A stretch of 64,000 nucleotides of DNA from Candidatus Giovannonibacteria bacterium. GTDB taxonomy: Bacteria > Patescibacteriota > Minisyncoccia > UBA11713 > 2-01-FULL-45-33. The translations under genes were made by a program, and so were the position numbers. Under the pieces are notes generated by a model. That model did not search any database. It worked only from the letters and a program-made list of their open reading frames with translations, and had not been told where the DNA came from. Below are positions 1 to 11,009 of this stretch, in pieces. The stretch's first letter is position 1. Each line of letters starts with the position of its first letter. The stretch is from contig JACOXN010000004.1 in the NCBI GenBank assembly GCA_016176295.1, positions 6,655 to 70,654 of the forward strand. The letters run 5' to 3'.

Positions 1-1477
<1,477 letters not shown>

Positions 1478-1574
1478 TCAAGAAGAAAACACAAACGCTT
1501 TCTCCCGGAGCGTTTAAAAAAAAGCCCCCAAATGGAGCTTCAATATTTGACAATTCATGCGAATCCCTTGATTT

Positions 1575-1865
1575 TTAAGCGCTAACACCTAGGGACGCCA
1601 CGAAAGTGTGGAATTTGGTTAAGCATTTTTCGTAATGCTTGCCAAACTCCAAAACAGGAACTCTTTTCATGCAAATTCCGCAAAGTTTTTTTTCTTCTCC
1701 TTCTTTCGCTTCCGCCGCTAACGCCGTAGATTCTCTATCCGTCATATGTAACCCTCCTAAAAAAAATTCGCAGAAATAACATGTTCCGCAAAGATCATAG
1801 CATACACCTGCATTAAGAATAAATGAAATACACAAGAAAATCCACTTTATCTGCGGATGGATCAC
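1575..1865 (-). CDS. small Cys-rich (CGTCYFC ... CGIC ... C) zinc-ribbon-like hypothetical protein, overlaps the argS stop by 4 nt
   Basis: ORF track. Paired CxxC-type motifs. The 4-nt overlap with the upstream argS suggests translational coupling. Confidence 0.35.
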   Translation of the reverse strand: MIHPQIKWIFLCISFILNAGVCYDLCGTCYFCEFFLGGLHMTDRESTALAAEAKEGEEKKLCGICMKRVPVLEFGKHYEKCLTKFHTFVASLGVSA

Positions 1866-3595
1866 ATCTTTTCCGGAGAGGATATGCCTAACAGACTAAG
1901 TCCTTTTGAAAGAGTTAAGGCCACGCCGTTAATTAAATTGACTCGAAACATCTTTTTTGACACGTTGTTTTCCTGCGTTACCGGATGTGAATGGTAAAAG
2001 TTGTTGGCTAACTGCGCTAATTGGTTTAAATAGTTGGCAAGAATATTAGGCATGAAATCATTCAGGGCATCTTCTATAACTTCCGGAAAACACAATACGG
2101 AAGCAATTAAATTCTTTTCCACCTGATCCAGCTCGACGTCTTCAACCATAAAGCCTGACTTTCCTTCCAGTTTACGCAATATACTCTTCAATCTCGCATA
2201 TGTGTACTGCAAATACGGACCGGAATTACCCGCAAAAGACAACGCTTCATCCCATTTAAAAACTATATCAGAATGCCGGTTATGAGAAAGATCAAAGTAT
2301 TTTAGGGCACCCAAACCGACCTGCTTCGCTATTTCTTCTTTATTTTCCAATTCAGGATTTTTTTCCTCAATTATCTGAAGAGCTCTTTTTTCTGACTCAT
2401 CCAAGACAGCATCCAAAGAAATGACAGTGCCTTTTCGCGTGCTGATTGTGCCTTCAGGTAAAGACATGAACCCATAAGAAATATGATCACTCTCGCCCAC
2501 TCCTTCAAACCCGAGCAGCTCGGCAACTTTAAAAACCTGTTTAAAATGATGTTCCTGTCTAACATCGACAACGTAGAGATTTTTATAAAAATCCCATTCT
2601 TTTTTTCTATATTTAATAGTTGCGAGGTCGCGCAAAAGATATGTTGATGCTCCGTCAGTCTTAATAAGTATGGCTTCGTCCAAATTATAACTAATCAGAT
2701 CTACTATTATTGCTCCGTCTTTATTTATTGCAATTCCTTTTTCAAGAGCCTCTTTAACAATAAGCGGCATCATATCGTTATATTCACTTTCACCTCTTTC
2801 TTCTTCAAACTGTAGAAGGTCAAAACGATTTATAATTCTTTGAATTTCATTTTCTGTTCCTACCTTAAGCCATTCCCAGATTACTCGGTTTTCTGAATCA
2901 CCGTTTTCGAGTTTAGCGAACTCTTCTTTAGCTTTTTCGCGTAAAATAGGTTCTTTTTCAATTCTTTCGTTTTCTTCAACATAAAGACGTTCGAGTAGCT
3001 TTATTGTCGGGTCCGCAGTAATCGCATATGACTTTGACGTTCGGGGCAGTTGTTTAGTTAAAGAAATTTCGTTTCTTTTAAATGCCTGAATCAAAATGCC
3101 AAACTGTGTTCCCCAATCTCCGATATGAGTATCAGAAATAGTTTTATATCCTTGTGTTTTTAAAATTCGTTTCAAGGCATCGCCAATAACTGCCGAACGC
3201 AGATGTCCCACATGAGACGGTTTTCCTACATTCAATTGAAAATATTCAACAATTATCTTTTTACCTATTCCTACAGGTCTATCACCCCATTTTTTCTGTT
3301 TTTTTAAAACTTCTCGAAGCCCCCCAATCAGCGATTCTTTTGAAATATAAAAATTCAAAAAACCGGGTCCGGCTATCTCAATCTTTTCCAGCCGCTTGGC
3401 AATCGGATTGCCAAGGAGTTTCTTCTTTATCTCCTCTGCCGTCTCTTTGGGATTCCGGCCTTCTTTCTTTTCCAGGATTAATGCGATATTTGTGGAATAG
3501 TCGCCGTACTCCGGCTTTTCGGTGGCAGAAACGGAAAAAACCGTCCCTGCCGGCGCCAATTTTTCAAGCTCTTTTTTTATAATTTGCCTGAACAC
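1862..3595 (-). CDS. argS: arginine--tRNA ligase
   Basis: 577 aa. HVGH class-I HIGH motif (PSHVGHLRSAV). C-terminal DALR anticodon-binding region (DALNDFMPNILANYLNQLAQ). Confidence 0.85.
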   Translation of the reverse strand: MFRQIIKKELEKLAPAGTVFSVSATEKPEYGDYSTNIALILEKKEGRNPKETAEEIKKKLLGNPIAKRLEKIEIAGPGFLNFYISKESLIGGLREVLKKQKKWGDRPVGIGKKIIVEYFQLNVGKPSHVGHLRSAVIGDALKRILKTQGYKTISDTHIGDWGTQFGILIQAFKRNEISLTKQLPRTSKSYAITADPTIKLLERLYVEENERIEKEPILREKAKEEFAKLENGDSENRVIWEWLKVGTENEIQRIINRFDLLQFEEERGESEYNDMMPLIVKEALEKGIAINKDGAIIVDLISYNLDEAILIKTDGASTYLLRDLATIKYRKKEWDFYKNLYVVDVRQEHHFKQVFKVAELLGFEGVGESDHISYGFMSLPEGTISTRKGTVISLDAVLDESEKRALQIIEEKNPELENKEEIAKQVGLGALKYFDLSHNRHSDIVFKWDEALSFAGNSGPYLQYTYARLKSILRKLEGKSGFMVEDVELDQVEKNLIASVLCFPEVIEDALNDFMPNILANYLNQLAQLANNFYHSHPVTQENNVSKKMFRVNLINGVALTLSKGLSLLGISSPEKM

Positions 3596-3645
3596 AATGA
3601 CTTATTTTATCGCAAAATTAGCATAAAAAAAAGCCCTTTGGACTT

Positions 3646-4308
3646 TTATATCGCGATCTTATGCCTGTCGTACCGTGCCGGGTCCATGCCCAGACTTCTC
3701 GGTCCGAAACCGCAGGGAAACAGATATTGAAGCGTAGTTATCAAAACTTCACCCGTGTCTCGCGCTATTATCACGAGGCATGGATTCGCTTCGAATTCAT
3801 TGGTAACCTGCCGGCAGGCGCCGCACGGAGTGATGTATTCTTTCTGCGCTGCCCTCCTTATATCTTTCGAAATGGAATCGTCGAATCCGCCCACAACGGC
3901 AAACGCGTGGAACTTGCGGAACCCCTCGCTTACCGCTTTAAAAGCCGCAACGCGCTCCGCGCATTTGGTTTCTCCGTAAGACGCGTTTTCCACATTGCAT
4001 CCGCCAATGCGGGCAAATAAGCCCGACTTATTCTCGGCAAAAATGGATGCGCCGACATTGAAGTGCGAATACGGAGCGTATGAAAACTCCCGGGCTTTTC
4101 TAGCACCTGCCACTAGCTCCGAAATTTCACCATAAGTGACGCGGTACGAATTTACCTCAAGAATTTTATCCGGCATTTTCCGCAGATGAGGAAGAGCTAT
4201 TTCCAAGCCTTTTCCCGCTCCGATAACGAGTTCCATCGCCGTTTTTGAAGCTTTGAGATCGGCCAAAATGTTATCAGTGGAAGCCATGTGGTCAAATCTG
4301 AAATCCAT
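3646..4308 (-). CDS. cdd: cytidine/deoxycytidylate deaminase family protein with ~90-aa N-terminal extension
   Basis: CAERVA ... PCGACRQ zinc-binding deaminase signature in the C-terminal 130 aa. Confidence 0.55.
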   Translation of the reverse strand: MDFRFDHMASTDNILADLKASKTAMELVIGAGKGLEIALPHLRKMPDKILEVNSYRVTYGEISELVAGARKAREFSYAPYSHFNVGASIFAENKSGLFARIGGCNVENASYGETKCAERVAAFKAVSEGFRKFHAFAVVGGFDDSISKDIRRAAQKEYITPCGACRQVTNEFEANPCLVIIARDTGEVLITTLQYLFPCGFGPRSLGMDPARYDRHKIAI

Positions 4309-4327
4309 ATTATTTCCTCCGTGTACT

Positions 4328-4780
4328 TTACCGGCTCATACGGCCTGAAACTTTTCCCAGCGAAAATATTTCTTGTGTCGTTTTCTCAACCGCTTCTTTG
4401 AACCAGGTTTCTTCCGCGTCCTTCACGACCCGGCGGCCTCTTTTTAACTGCTTTTTGTAGAGTCTGTGCGCCGGGGATAAAAAATGTCTATCGTACATTA
4501 TCGGGCCGCCGACCGCGGCAACCGGGTAGACATCGATTATTTTCCCGGAAGGCAGCGTGACCCAGCTGTGCTCGTAAGCGGTTAAAAAATGTCCATCGAC
4601 AAAATCAAGACCGAATACACGGGCTATCGCTCTCGCCAAAATGTGACACGAGAGCACGATGTCCTTGCCATCATCATCCTTTCCAAGATGAAGCCCCGGC
4701 ATCGCTTCGACAATTTTTTTTATCTGCAAATAAGTTTTCATTTCTTCCAAAGAAACGAATTCGGAAGCATAAGAAATCAT
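4328..4780 (-). CDS. hypothetical protein (conserved Cys...His pair, possible papain-like fold)
   Basis: ORF track. No recognisable family. Confidence 0.3.
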   Translation of the reverse strand: MISYASEFVSLEEMKTYLQIKKIVEAMPGLHLGKDDDGKDIVLSCHILARAIARVFGLDFVDGHFLTAYEHSWVTLPSGKIIDVYPVAAVGGPIMYDRHFLSPAHRLYKKQLKRGRRVVKDAEETWFKEAVEKTTQEIFSLGKVSGRMSR

Positions 4781-4942
4781 AAATGCTCCTTTTTTATTAT
4801 CAAGAAATAATAACCAGCTGAAATAAAACTAGCATTTATTTTAAAAAAAGACCAATAGCCCGGAAAAAATAGGATTGACTAATTTCAACAAATAATTTAT
4901 TGTAGGCAACAATAAGTAAAGTACGTTGAGAATAGAAAGGAC

Positions 4943-6331
4943 TTGAAAGTGAAGAAATTGACGTTTGACGGCAAAGGCGAAATCGGGGGTTCCAATTACT
5001 GTTACAACGGTACTATCGGCGTCGACCACGGTGCTATCCAAGGAAAGAAGAAAATTTCATATCCCGCGCCAAACGGAGTGTCCCCGCTCGTTGTCATAGC
5101 CTCCCATTCTCACATTGATCACATCGGAGGATTCGCGTGCCTAGCAAAGCATCGTCCGGAAGCCAAATTCTTCATGACACAGACGACTCTGGACGGAATG
5201 ATATTGTTACTCAACGATTCTCTGAAGATCGCGCGTAGCCAGGCCGAGTTCAATTCACTGAAAGGGCTCCCGTCGGAGCCGCCGGCATTCGAAGAAGAAG
5301 ATATCAGTCACGTTGAAAGCCAAACCGAAATAATAAAAAATATCGGTTGGTTCGAACCCGTGAAAGGATATCATCTTTCACTCCGCTCCGCCGGCCACAT
5401 GCGCGGAGCATCCATTGAGCTCATGGTTACGCCGGACGGAACGAGAGTGGTTCACGCGGCGGATATCTCGGTGGAAGAGAGGGCTTTGGTAAGAGGGGCC
5501 GCGGTCCCGAAAGATTTCCTTAACCCGGATGTCCTGGTCATCGAATCAACTTACGGCTCGAAAGAACTCCCGGACCTAAAAGGAGAAAAAGATAAGTTGA
5601 TCTCCGTCACAAAGGAAACGCTCAAAAAAGGCGGGAGCGTCCTCGTCGGACATTTTGCCTCGATGCTGGACAACATAGTGATCCCTTTAGCTGAAGCTAA
5701 AATACAAGTTTATGTTGACGGCATGGGCAGACAATTTCTGAGAATTTACGCGGCGGCAAAAAACTGGTGCCCCGAAGACAGGCCGTTCTCGCTTTCCGGT
5801 TACGATAATGTACATTTCATCGATCCTGACCGCGGTACAGCGACAGCGCAGAGAAAAAAGCTGTTGAGTGGTAAGCTAAAAGGGGCCATTGTGTGTCCTT
5901 CCGGAATGTACGAAGGAGGACATTCGGTCACATACATCAAGCAATTAATGGAATCCCGCAAAAATACAATCATCATGCCGGGATTCCAGGCTGACGAAAC
6001 TCAAGGTCGGGAGATTCAGGAAGCTGAGTCCGGAGACCTGATCGATTTCAAATGCGAGCGCGTGATGAAAATAAACGAGAAAAAAGAGGCGAAAGAATGG
6101 CATGAGTACCGAAGGCTAAACGCGCCTGTCGTACAAATAAAATACTCCGGCCATTCAGGCGGCGATAAAATGGCCAAGTGGGTCGCCGAGCTCAACCCCA
6201 AAAAAGTGGTAACTGTGCACGGCGATCCGGAGGGACATGAGGGGCTAAAAGACCGGATCCATCGCCTGAACAGAAATATCGATGTCGTGCGGGCAACCGG
6301 CGAGACAATCAAGTTCTCTTTTCGCAGTTAA
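4943..6331 (+). CDS. MBL-fold metallo-hydrolase, beta-CASP RNA-metabolising family (RNase J/CPSF-like), paralog 1
   Basis: HSHIDHIGG (HxHxDH) motif. 462 aa. A terminator hairpin follows. Confidence 0.6.
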   Translation: MKVKKLTFDGKGEIGGSNYCYNGTIGVDHGAIQGKKKISYPAPNGVSPLVVIASHSHIDHIGGFACLAKHRPEAKFFMTQTTLDGMILLLNDSLKIARSQAEFNSLKGLPSEPPAFEEEDISHVESQTEIIKNIGWFEPVKGYHLSLRSAGHMRGASIELMVTPDGTRVVHAADISVEERALVRGAAVPKDFLNPDVLVIESTYGSKELPDLKGEKDKLISVTKETLKKGGSVLVGHFASMLDNIVIPLAEAKIQVYVDGMGRQFLRIYAAAKNWCPEDRPFSLSGYDNVHFIDPDRGTATAQRKKLLSGKLKGAIVCPSGMYEGGHSVTYIKQLMESRKNTIIMPGFQADETQGREIQEAESGDLIDFKCERVMKINEKKEAKEWHEYRRLNAPVVQIKYSGHSGGDKMAKWVAELNPKKVVTVHGDPEGHEGLKDRIHRLNRNIDVVRATGETIKFSFRS

Positions 6332-6334
6332 AAA

Positions 6335-6362
6335 CCTCCCCTCAGAGGTTTTTTCTTTTGAT
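6335..6362 (+). terminator. rho-independent terminator (aacctc-cccctcag-gaggtt + T-run)
   Basis: Hairpin plus ttttctttt directly after the stop at 6331. Confidence 0.5.
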
Positions 6363-6417
6363 TAAAAATATAAACTCTGATTTAATGGAACAAGTTTGAA
6401 AACAAAAAGAGCCCCAA

Positions 6418-7607
6418 ATGGCAATAACAAAAATTGGGTTCTTGGGTCATTTCTACCAACCGCCGACACAGCCGTGGGAAATTATATTGCAAATCTATCG
6501 GGAGTGCTACAAAAAGGTTTTTGACTCTGCCTCGCGGCTGGATGGGTTTGCTTTCTCAATGGACCTCGCAAAAAGTCTCGGCGAAAGAATGCCGCCGGAA
6601 TGCATCGCGGCGATGTCCGAACTTTTTAAAAAAAGGCGGCTTGAGCTTGTAAACACCTCCGCTTATCATTATCTTCTCCCGCTAGTCCCGACTGCCGTTG
6701 CCGAACGCCAGCTAGAGCTCAACCGCGATTTTTACCGGAGCACTTTCGGGCCCGTAACCCACCCTGAAGGCTTTTTCCCTCCGGAACTTGCCACTTTTCA
6801 CTGGTTGTGGAATACAGTTTCCGATCAAAGGTACGACTGGTGCGTCGCCGACGACGAACTATTTAATTATACCCGCCCGCAATTCCCAGAGCACGAAAAG
6901 GTGCCGCAAAACTGGATACCGGAAATAGACTAATGCGGAATTCTTTTGAGATCGAGACACTGGTCCAACGTAATTTCGCGCATGCGGTACCCCGACGATC
7001 GGGAAGTTTCTTCCGGCGGAGAATTTCTCCGTGAAATGCTAGCCGGGCAAAGAGAATGGCGCGCGAAATGTGGAAACAACGGAAACAGCTATATTATTCT
7101 GGCTCTGGACATCGAAACCTTCGGCCACCACCACAAAGGAGCTGTGGAAAAATTTCTCATCCCCTTCTGGGAAGAAACTCGCCGTTTGAAAAACGAGTGC
7201 GAAATAGTCCCGCTTCGGTACATATTTGAGGAATTTTCCAAGATAGTTCTGGGCCGGGATGATATTTATCCTGGCTCGTAGTCGACTTCCAAAGAAGACC
7301 TGGCCCGCAACGATCTCTGGCCACTGTGGTGCAATCGGAAGAACACTTTCCACGGAGCCTGGAACGAATTCATCCGGCTCGTATATTTTCTCTCTCCAAA
7401 AAATCCACCCCAAGAACTTCAGAACCTGCTCGACAAAGCCTTTTACAGTTGTTCTCCCTGGTGGGCTATCCGCGAAAAAGGCGACCGTGGCTTCGCCGGG
7501 GCTTGTCTCCCAATGTTCAGGGAAATAATAAGGACACTCCACGACCATTCGCCGATAATGCGCCAGAATTTGGAGACCCTCGTACAAACGATGGAAAATT
7601 TTATCTA
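6418..7607 (+). pseudogene. GH57-family glycoside hydrolase gene interrupted by two in-frame stop codons (TAA 6931-6933, TAG 7279-7281)
   Basis: Same frame across the ORFs 6418-6933 and 6946-7281 and a further 108 sense codons to a TAA near 7605. GH57 conserved regions appear in order: HFYQP (region 1), LELVNTSAYHYLLPL (region 2), ALDIETFGHH (region 4), AFYSCSPWW (region 5-like). The minus ORF 7039-7587 is the antisense shadow. Confidence 0.55.
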
Positions 7608-7697
7608 ACCCTCGCCCACTATAAGCGGACCGAGGGCTTTTTTAACCTTAAATTTAAAACTAAACCATTCTACGATTCGCGCGAATTAGAGACAAAA

Positions 7698-7732
7698 AAA
7701 CGGCCGAGGCCGTTGGTTTTTTATTGTTTAGG
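7698..7732. terminator. bidirectional rho-independent terminator (aacggcc-gag-gccgtt flanked by A-run and T-run)
   Basis: Hairpin with a U-run on both strands, between convergent genes. Confidence 0.5.
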
Positions 7733-8069
7733 GCGCTGCTTCGGAATGCTCGTAGGAAATGCCGGAATTGGCGGCAATGTCGAAAATGTCCGGTCTTTCG
7801 ATGGTCCACGGCAGGAAAATTATCCGCCATTTGAGCCAGGGGTCCTTGATTAGTCTTTGCTCGAGACAGTAATTCCTGGAGAATTTGTCGTCCATGAAAA
7901 TCTGCACAGTCTTTACAAACCCCATTAAAAACAGGCGTTCACGATAAACATCATCGTGCTGATAATATTCCCACGCTGTGTAAAACTTCGCCAAGGTCCA
8001 GGGCCCGCATACAAATGCGCAGCACGCGGCCAGATAATTTAAAAAACGCGCTTTTATCCGACGATACAT
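7728..8069 (-). CDS. hypothetical protein
   Basis: ORF with AAGGAG Shine-Dalgarno 7 nt upstream of the ATG (revcomp of 8070-8085). Confidence 0.45.
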   Translation of the reverse strand: MYRRIKARFLNYLAACCAFVCGPWTLAKFYTAWEYYQHDDVYRERLFLMGFVKTVQIFMDDKFSRNYCLEQRLIKDPWLKWRIIFLPWTIERPDIFDIAANSGISYEHSEAAP

Positions 8070-8190
8070 ATTCGCTCCTTAAAGTGCTTTTGCTTATTAC
8101 AAAATGCCATAATCGGCACTGTTTTGTCAAGCCGTGCGTACGCAAGTTCAGCAAGTAAGTGTAAAGAAACCTGGAAACCTGAGGAAAATA

Positions 8191-8652
8191 ATGCCAAAAT
8201 GTCGTATGGAGAATTTCGCCGAAAACAGGAAAGCCCATTTTGATTTCGAGCTTTTGGAGACCTACGAAGCGGGAGTGGAGCTTTTGGGCATCGAGGTAAA
8301 AGCAATAAAAACCAACAAAATGAGCTTGGAGGGTTCTTATGTGTTCCCCAGATTGGGCGAGTTCTGGCTGGTGGGCGCTTATGTTGCTCCCTACCAGCCC
8401 AATAACACCCCGGGCGATTACAATCCTTACAGAGACAGGAAACTTCTGTTAAAAAAGGAGGAAATAGATTATCTTTTGGGCAAGGTCTCCACCAGAGGCT
8501 TGACAATCCTCCCGGTTAGGGTTTATAATAAAAAGAATCGGATAAAGCTTGAGATAGCGGTGGCAAGGCGCCGCAAGAAACACGATAAGCGCGAGAGGAT
8601 AAAAGAGCGAGAGAGTAAAAGAAAGATAGACAGATCATTGAAAGAAATCTAG
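8191..8652 (+). CDS. smpB: SsrA-binding protein SmpB
   Basis: ENRKAHFDFELLETYEAGVELLGIEVKAIK ... LLLKKEEI ... GLTILPVRVYNKKNRIKLEIAVARRRKKHDKRE matches SmpB throughout. GAGGA RBS before the ATG at 8191 (alternative start at 8206). Confidence 0.85.
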   Translation: MPKCRMENFAENRKAHFDFELLETYEAGVELLGIEVKAIKTNKMSLEGSYVFPRLGEFWLVGAYVAPYQPNNTPGDYNPYRDRKLLLKKEEIDYLLGKVSTRGLTILPVRVYNKKNRIKLEIAVARRRKKHDKRERIKERESKRKIDRSLKEI

Positions 8653-8777
8653 CCGTTCAAAATTGCGGATAAAAATTCCAGGTGGGGGCGCGCCGTCCCG
8701 CAATTCAATTCCGACTTTGTGCGGGATGGAGCTAAGGAATTTTTAGACGAAATTTTGGGCGGTTAGATCCAAATAAT

Positions 8778-9165
8778 GGGGATGATTGGCCTCGAGGAGA
8801 GACGAATTTCATGCGCTCAGGCAGAGGATGTACGGTCACCTCTTTAAACATCCATACAAATCAATAAGTGCAAACTTATTTTCAAAGGCTAGGAACGTTG
8901 TTGCTTCCCTCTTCGGAGGTGTAGGCACGGCTGCTCTTCAACCTTCTTACGCTTTGGCGTAAGCATCTGACTTTCCGATTCTCGCTGAGAGATGTTCAGG
9001 TGTAATATAGCGAGACAGCATTGAGGAAAAGCTTCCCGATTCAGTGCTCGCAAATAGGGAGCAAAATCCCCGCCAAAAGCTAATAAGCATTTAGGCGGGC
9101 AAGTAAGCTTGTCAACCGCATTTTAGGAACCTTTCCCACCCGGGTTCGATTCCCGGCATCTCCAC
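8778..9165 (+). ncRNA. ssrA: tmRNA (ssrA), CCA not encoded
   Basis: 5' GGGGATGATTGG... resembles the tmRNA 5' end. The 5' strand GGGGATG pairs with the 3' strand CATCTCC (one G-U) to close an acceptor stem. Tag reading frame begins GCA AAC 93 nt from the 5' end (8870) and ends ...CCT TCT TAC GCT TTG GCG TAA (tag ending PSYALA). The 3' tRNA-like T-arm is CCGGG-TTCGATT-CCCGG. Lies directly downstream of smpB. Confidence 0.75.
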
Positions 9166-9171
9166 AAATTA

Positions 9172-9204
9172 AAAATACCCAACATAAAGAGTCGGGTATT
9201 TTTA
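9172..9204 (+). terminator. terminator after tmRNA (aaataccc ... gggtattt + T-run)
   Basis: Hairpin plus ttttt. Confidence 0.45.
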
Positions 9205-9276
9205 ATTTGAATATTTACACAAACTTTTAGTATGCTATCCTGTCTTCAGGAAAATAGACGGAAAAAAGAAAAGGGG

Positions 9277-9927
9277 ATGAAAATGGCTCGGGTAGGAAAA
9301 AATGTTTTTGAAGTTGCCTCTTTGGAAAGCGCGCAAAAAATTATTTTAACCCCGGAAAAAGGTTACAAAACCGAAGAGAGATGGCAGGTAGAAACTCCGG
9401 AACACGCCGCATTAATCAAAGGTCTAACCGCTTCAGATGCCACGGTGCTTGATTTCGGAATCGGCATAGGCAGAATCGCCAAAGAACTTCTGCTCGGAAC
9501 AAGGAACTTAAACATTGTTGGAGTTGATGCCTCTAGAACCATGATCCGCCTTTGTCGGGAATATATGCCGCAGTATGTTCACAACAGGCTGACACTTTAT
9601 GCGTCCGACGAAATCAGCCGGATACCGGATAAATCGGTCGATCTCATTTACGCGATTTACGTGCTACAGCACGTTGAAGCCCGGATTCTTGAAAAAACTA
9701 TCGATGAGCTCTTCAGGATCCTGAAACCCTCCGGCAAATTTTACGTTTTTAATTTATTCAAAAGAAGCGCGATAGATAAAAACGGAAAGTTTTATGACGA
9801 TAAAATCGATCTGCTTTCTATTCTGGGAGTTCGCTTCGGGGAGGCGGAAGATCTGAATCTTAACTCACCGTACATGCAAAGTTTTTTGGAAGACCACTTC
9901 AGTAAGCTTTTTACAAAACAAGTTTAA
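9277..9927 (+). CDS. class I SAM-dependent methyltransferase
   Basis: VLDFGIGIGRIA (motif I) ... DLIYAIYVLQH ... LKPSGKFYVF. AAGGGG RBS before the ATG at 9277. Confidence 0.6.
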   Translation: MKMARVGKNVFEVASLESAQKIILTPEKGYKTEERWQVETPEHAALIKGLTASDATVLDFGIGIGRIAKELLLGTRNLNIVGVDASRTMIRLCREYMPQYVHNRLTLYASDEISRIPDKSVDLIYAIYVLQHVEARILEKTIDELFRILKPSGKFYVFNLFKRSAIDKNGKFYDDKIDLLSILGVRFGEAEDLNLNSPYMQSFLEDHFSKLFTKQV

Positions 9928-10605
9928 AGGCTGTTCATCAAAAACAGCTTTTTTTCTTGAGCTGCAAAAAGCTTTTTTTGCAGAGCGGTGCTTTTGCGAT
10001 AATACTCCCAAAACCGCGAGAGATAAGTCTTCATTAAGTTCAACTTTTTCCCAGCCATCTCCACAAGACGAGATTTTTCATCAAGAGAAGTCCCAAAAAA
10101 CGTTATAGGAAGCGAAAAAGCGGCGGTTTCAAAGCCGCTTTTTCTGTTGTAGACCAGATGCTGTGAGAAAACCATTCTTAATACTAATCTCTTGTCTTCA
10201 AAAATCCCATTTGTCCAGATTTCATAAGGGTTTTTTATGTATCCAACGGGAATATCTTTTTAAATCCGCGCGCAACCAGTGGTTATTCGTCGGAATTTAC
10301 TGTTTTACCTGTCTCAAAGCTGAGCGTAATAGCAGGCGAGAAGCCGGTGACGGCAAATGATATTGTGTCGGGCAACAATACATTCACCGAAAATAATTTT
10401 GTCCCGGAATTGCTCCTCTCCTATTGCCTTTGTCTTTTGCAGTAAACGGAGGGGGAAATATTTGCGGCGAACCTCAGGACAAACCATACCCGCTCAACTG
10501 CCAATAAACGTCTCAAGCTTTTATTGGTGGTTATAGTTCTGCCTATTCGGGGATGTTTAGTTCAAGACCGAGTGATGAGCTTCAGGATTAAATTTTAGAA
10601 TAGAA

Positions 10606-10803
10606 CTACACGCTCGCAGTTTCTTCCGTCATAAATTCTTCTATCTGTTTTCTAAATTCCGGTGTATCTTGATGACCGTGAGATCCGACAGCATGCTCAA
10701 CCGCGGCTTCAAGTACATGTTCTTTGCTGCCTGACATATAAACATCGCAGTTTTTTTCGCTGGGAAATTTGCGGCAGTCGGCCGCCATTCTTTTTTCCGC
10801 CAT
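10606..10803 (-). CDS. DUF1059-family small metal-binding protein
   Basis: 65 aa. AADCRKFPSEKNCDV ... HVLEAAVEHAVGSHGH resembles DUF1059. Confidence 0.5.
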   Translation of the reverse strand: MAEKRMAADCRKFPSEKNCDVYMSGSKEHVLEAAVEHAVGSHGHQDTPEFRKQIEEFMTEETASV

Positions 10804-11009
10804 AAATTGTTATATTATATTTTTTATTCTGTTAAAGACATCGACCAAGTATATATATGTACATCATAAATGCTACATCATTAAATCTTTGTGAATTAAA
10901 GGACAAGTGATTGTACGAGACGAAAAATATCAAAGTATTTTAGTGACCTACCGTCGCAAAATTAAAGCGCGAAGTGCACCACTCGTTTTAAACTAAACAT
11001 ACCCGCAGG

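Noticed and set aside
1493-1523. Hairpin aaacgct-ttctcccgg-agcgttt as an intrinsic terminator
   Set aside because: The U-run is on the wrong side for either strand (A-run follows on the plus strand, U-run precedes on the minus).
6931-7281. Stop-codon reassignment as explanation for the in-frame TAA/TAG in the GH57-family gene
   Set aside because: Both TAA and TAG terminate many well-supported genes in this same window, so a recoded genetic code is not tenable.
7039-7587. Minus-strand 182-aa ORF
   Set aside because: Antisense to the GH57-family frame that carries recognisable conserved regions. Treated as a shadow ORF.
9131-9165. tRNA-like T-arm (GGGTTCGATTCCCGG)
   Set aside because: It is the tRNA-like domain of the tmRNA, with no separate anticodon arm. 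No standalone tRNA genes were identified in intergenic regions.
9924-10360. ORFs 9924-10175 (-) and 10163-10360 (+)
   Set aside because: No RBS, low-complexity sequence, mutually overlapping. Treated as non-coding.
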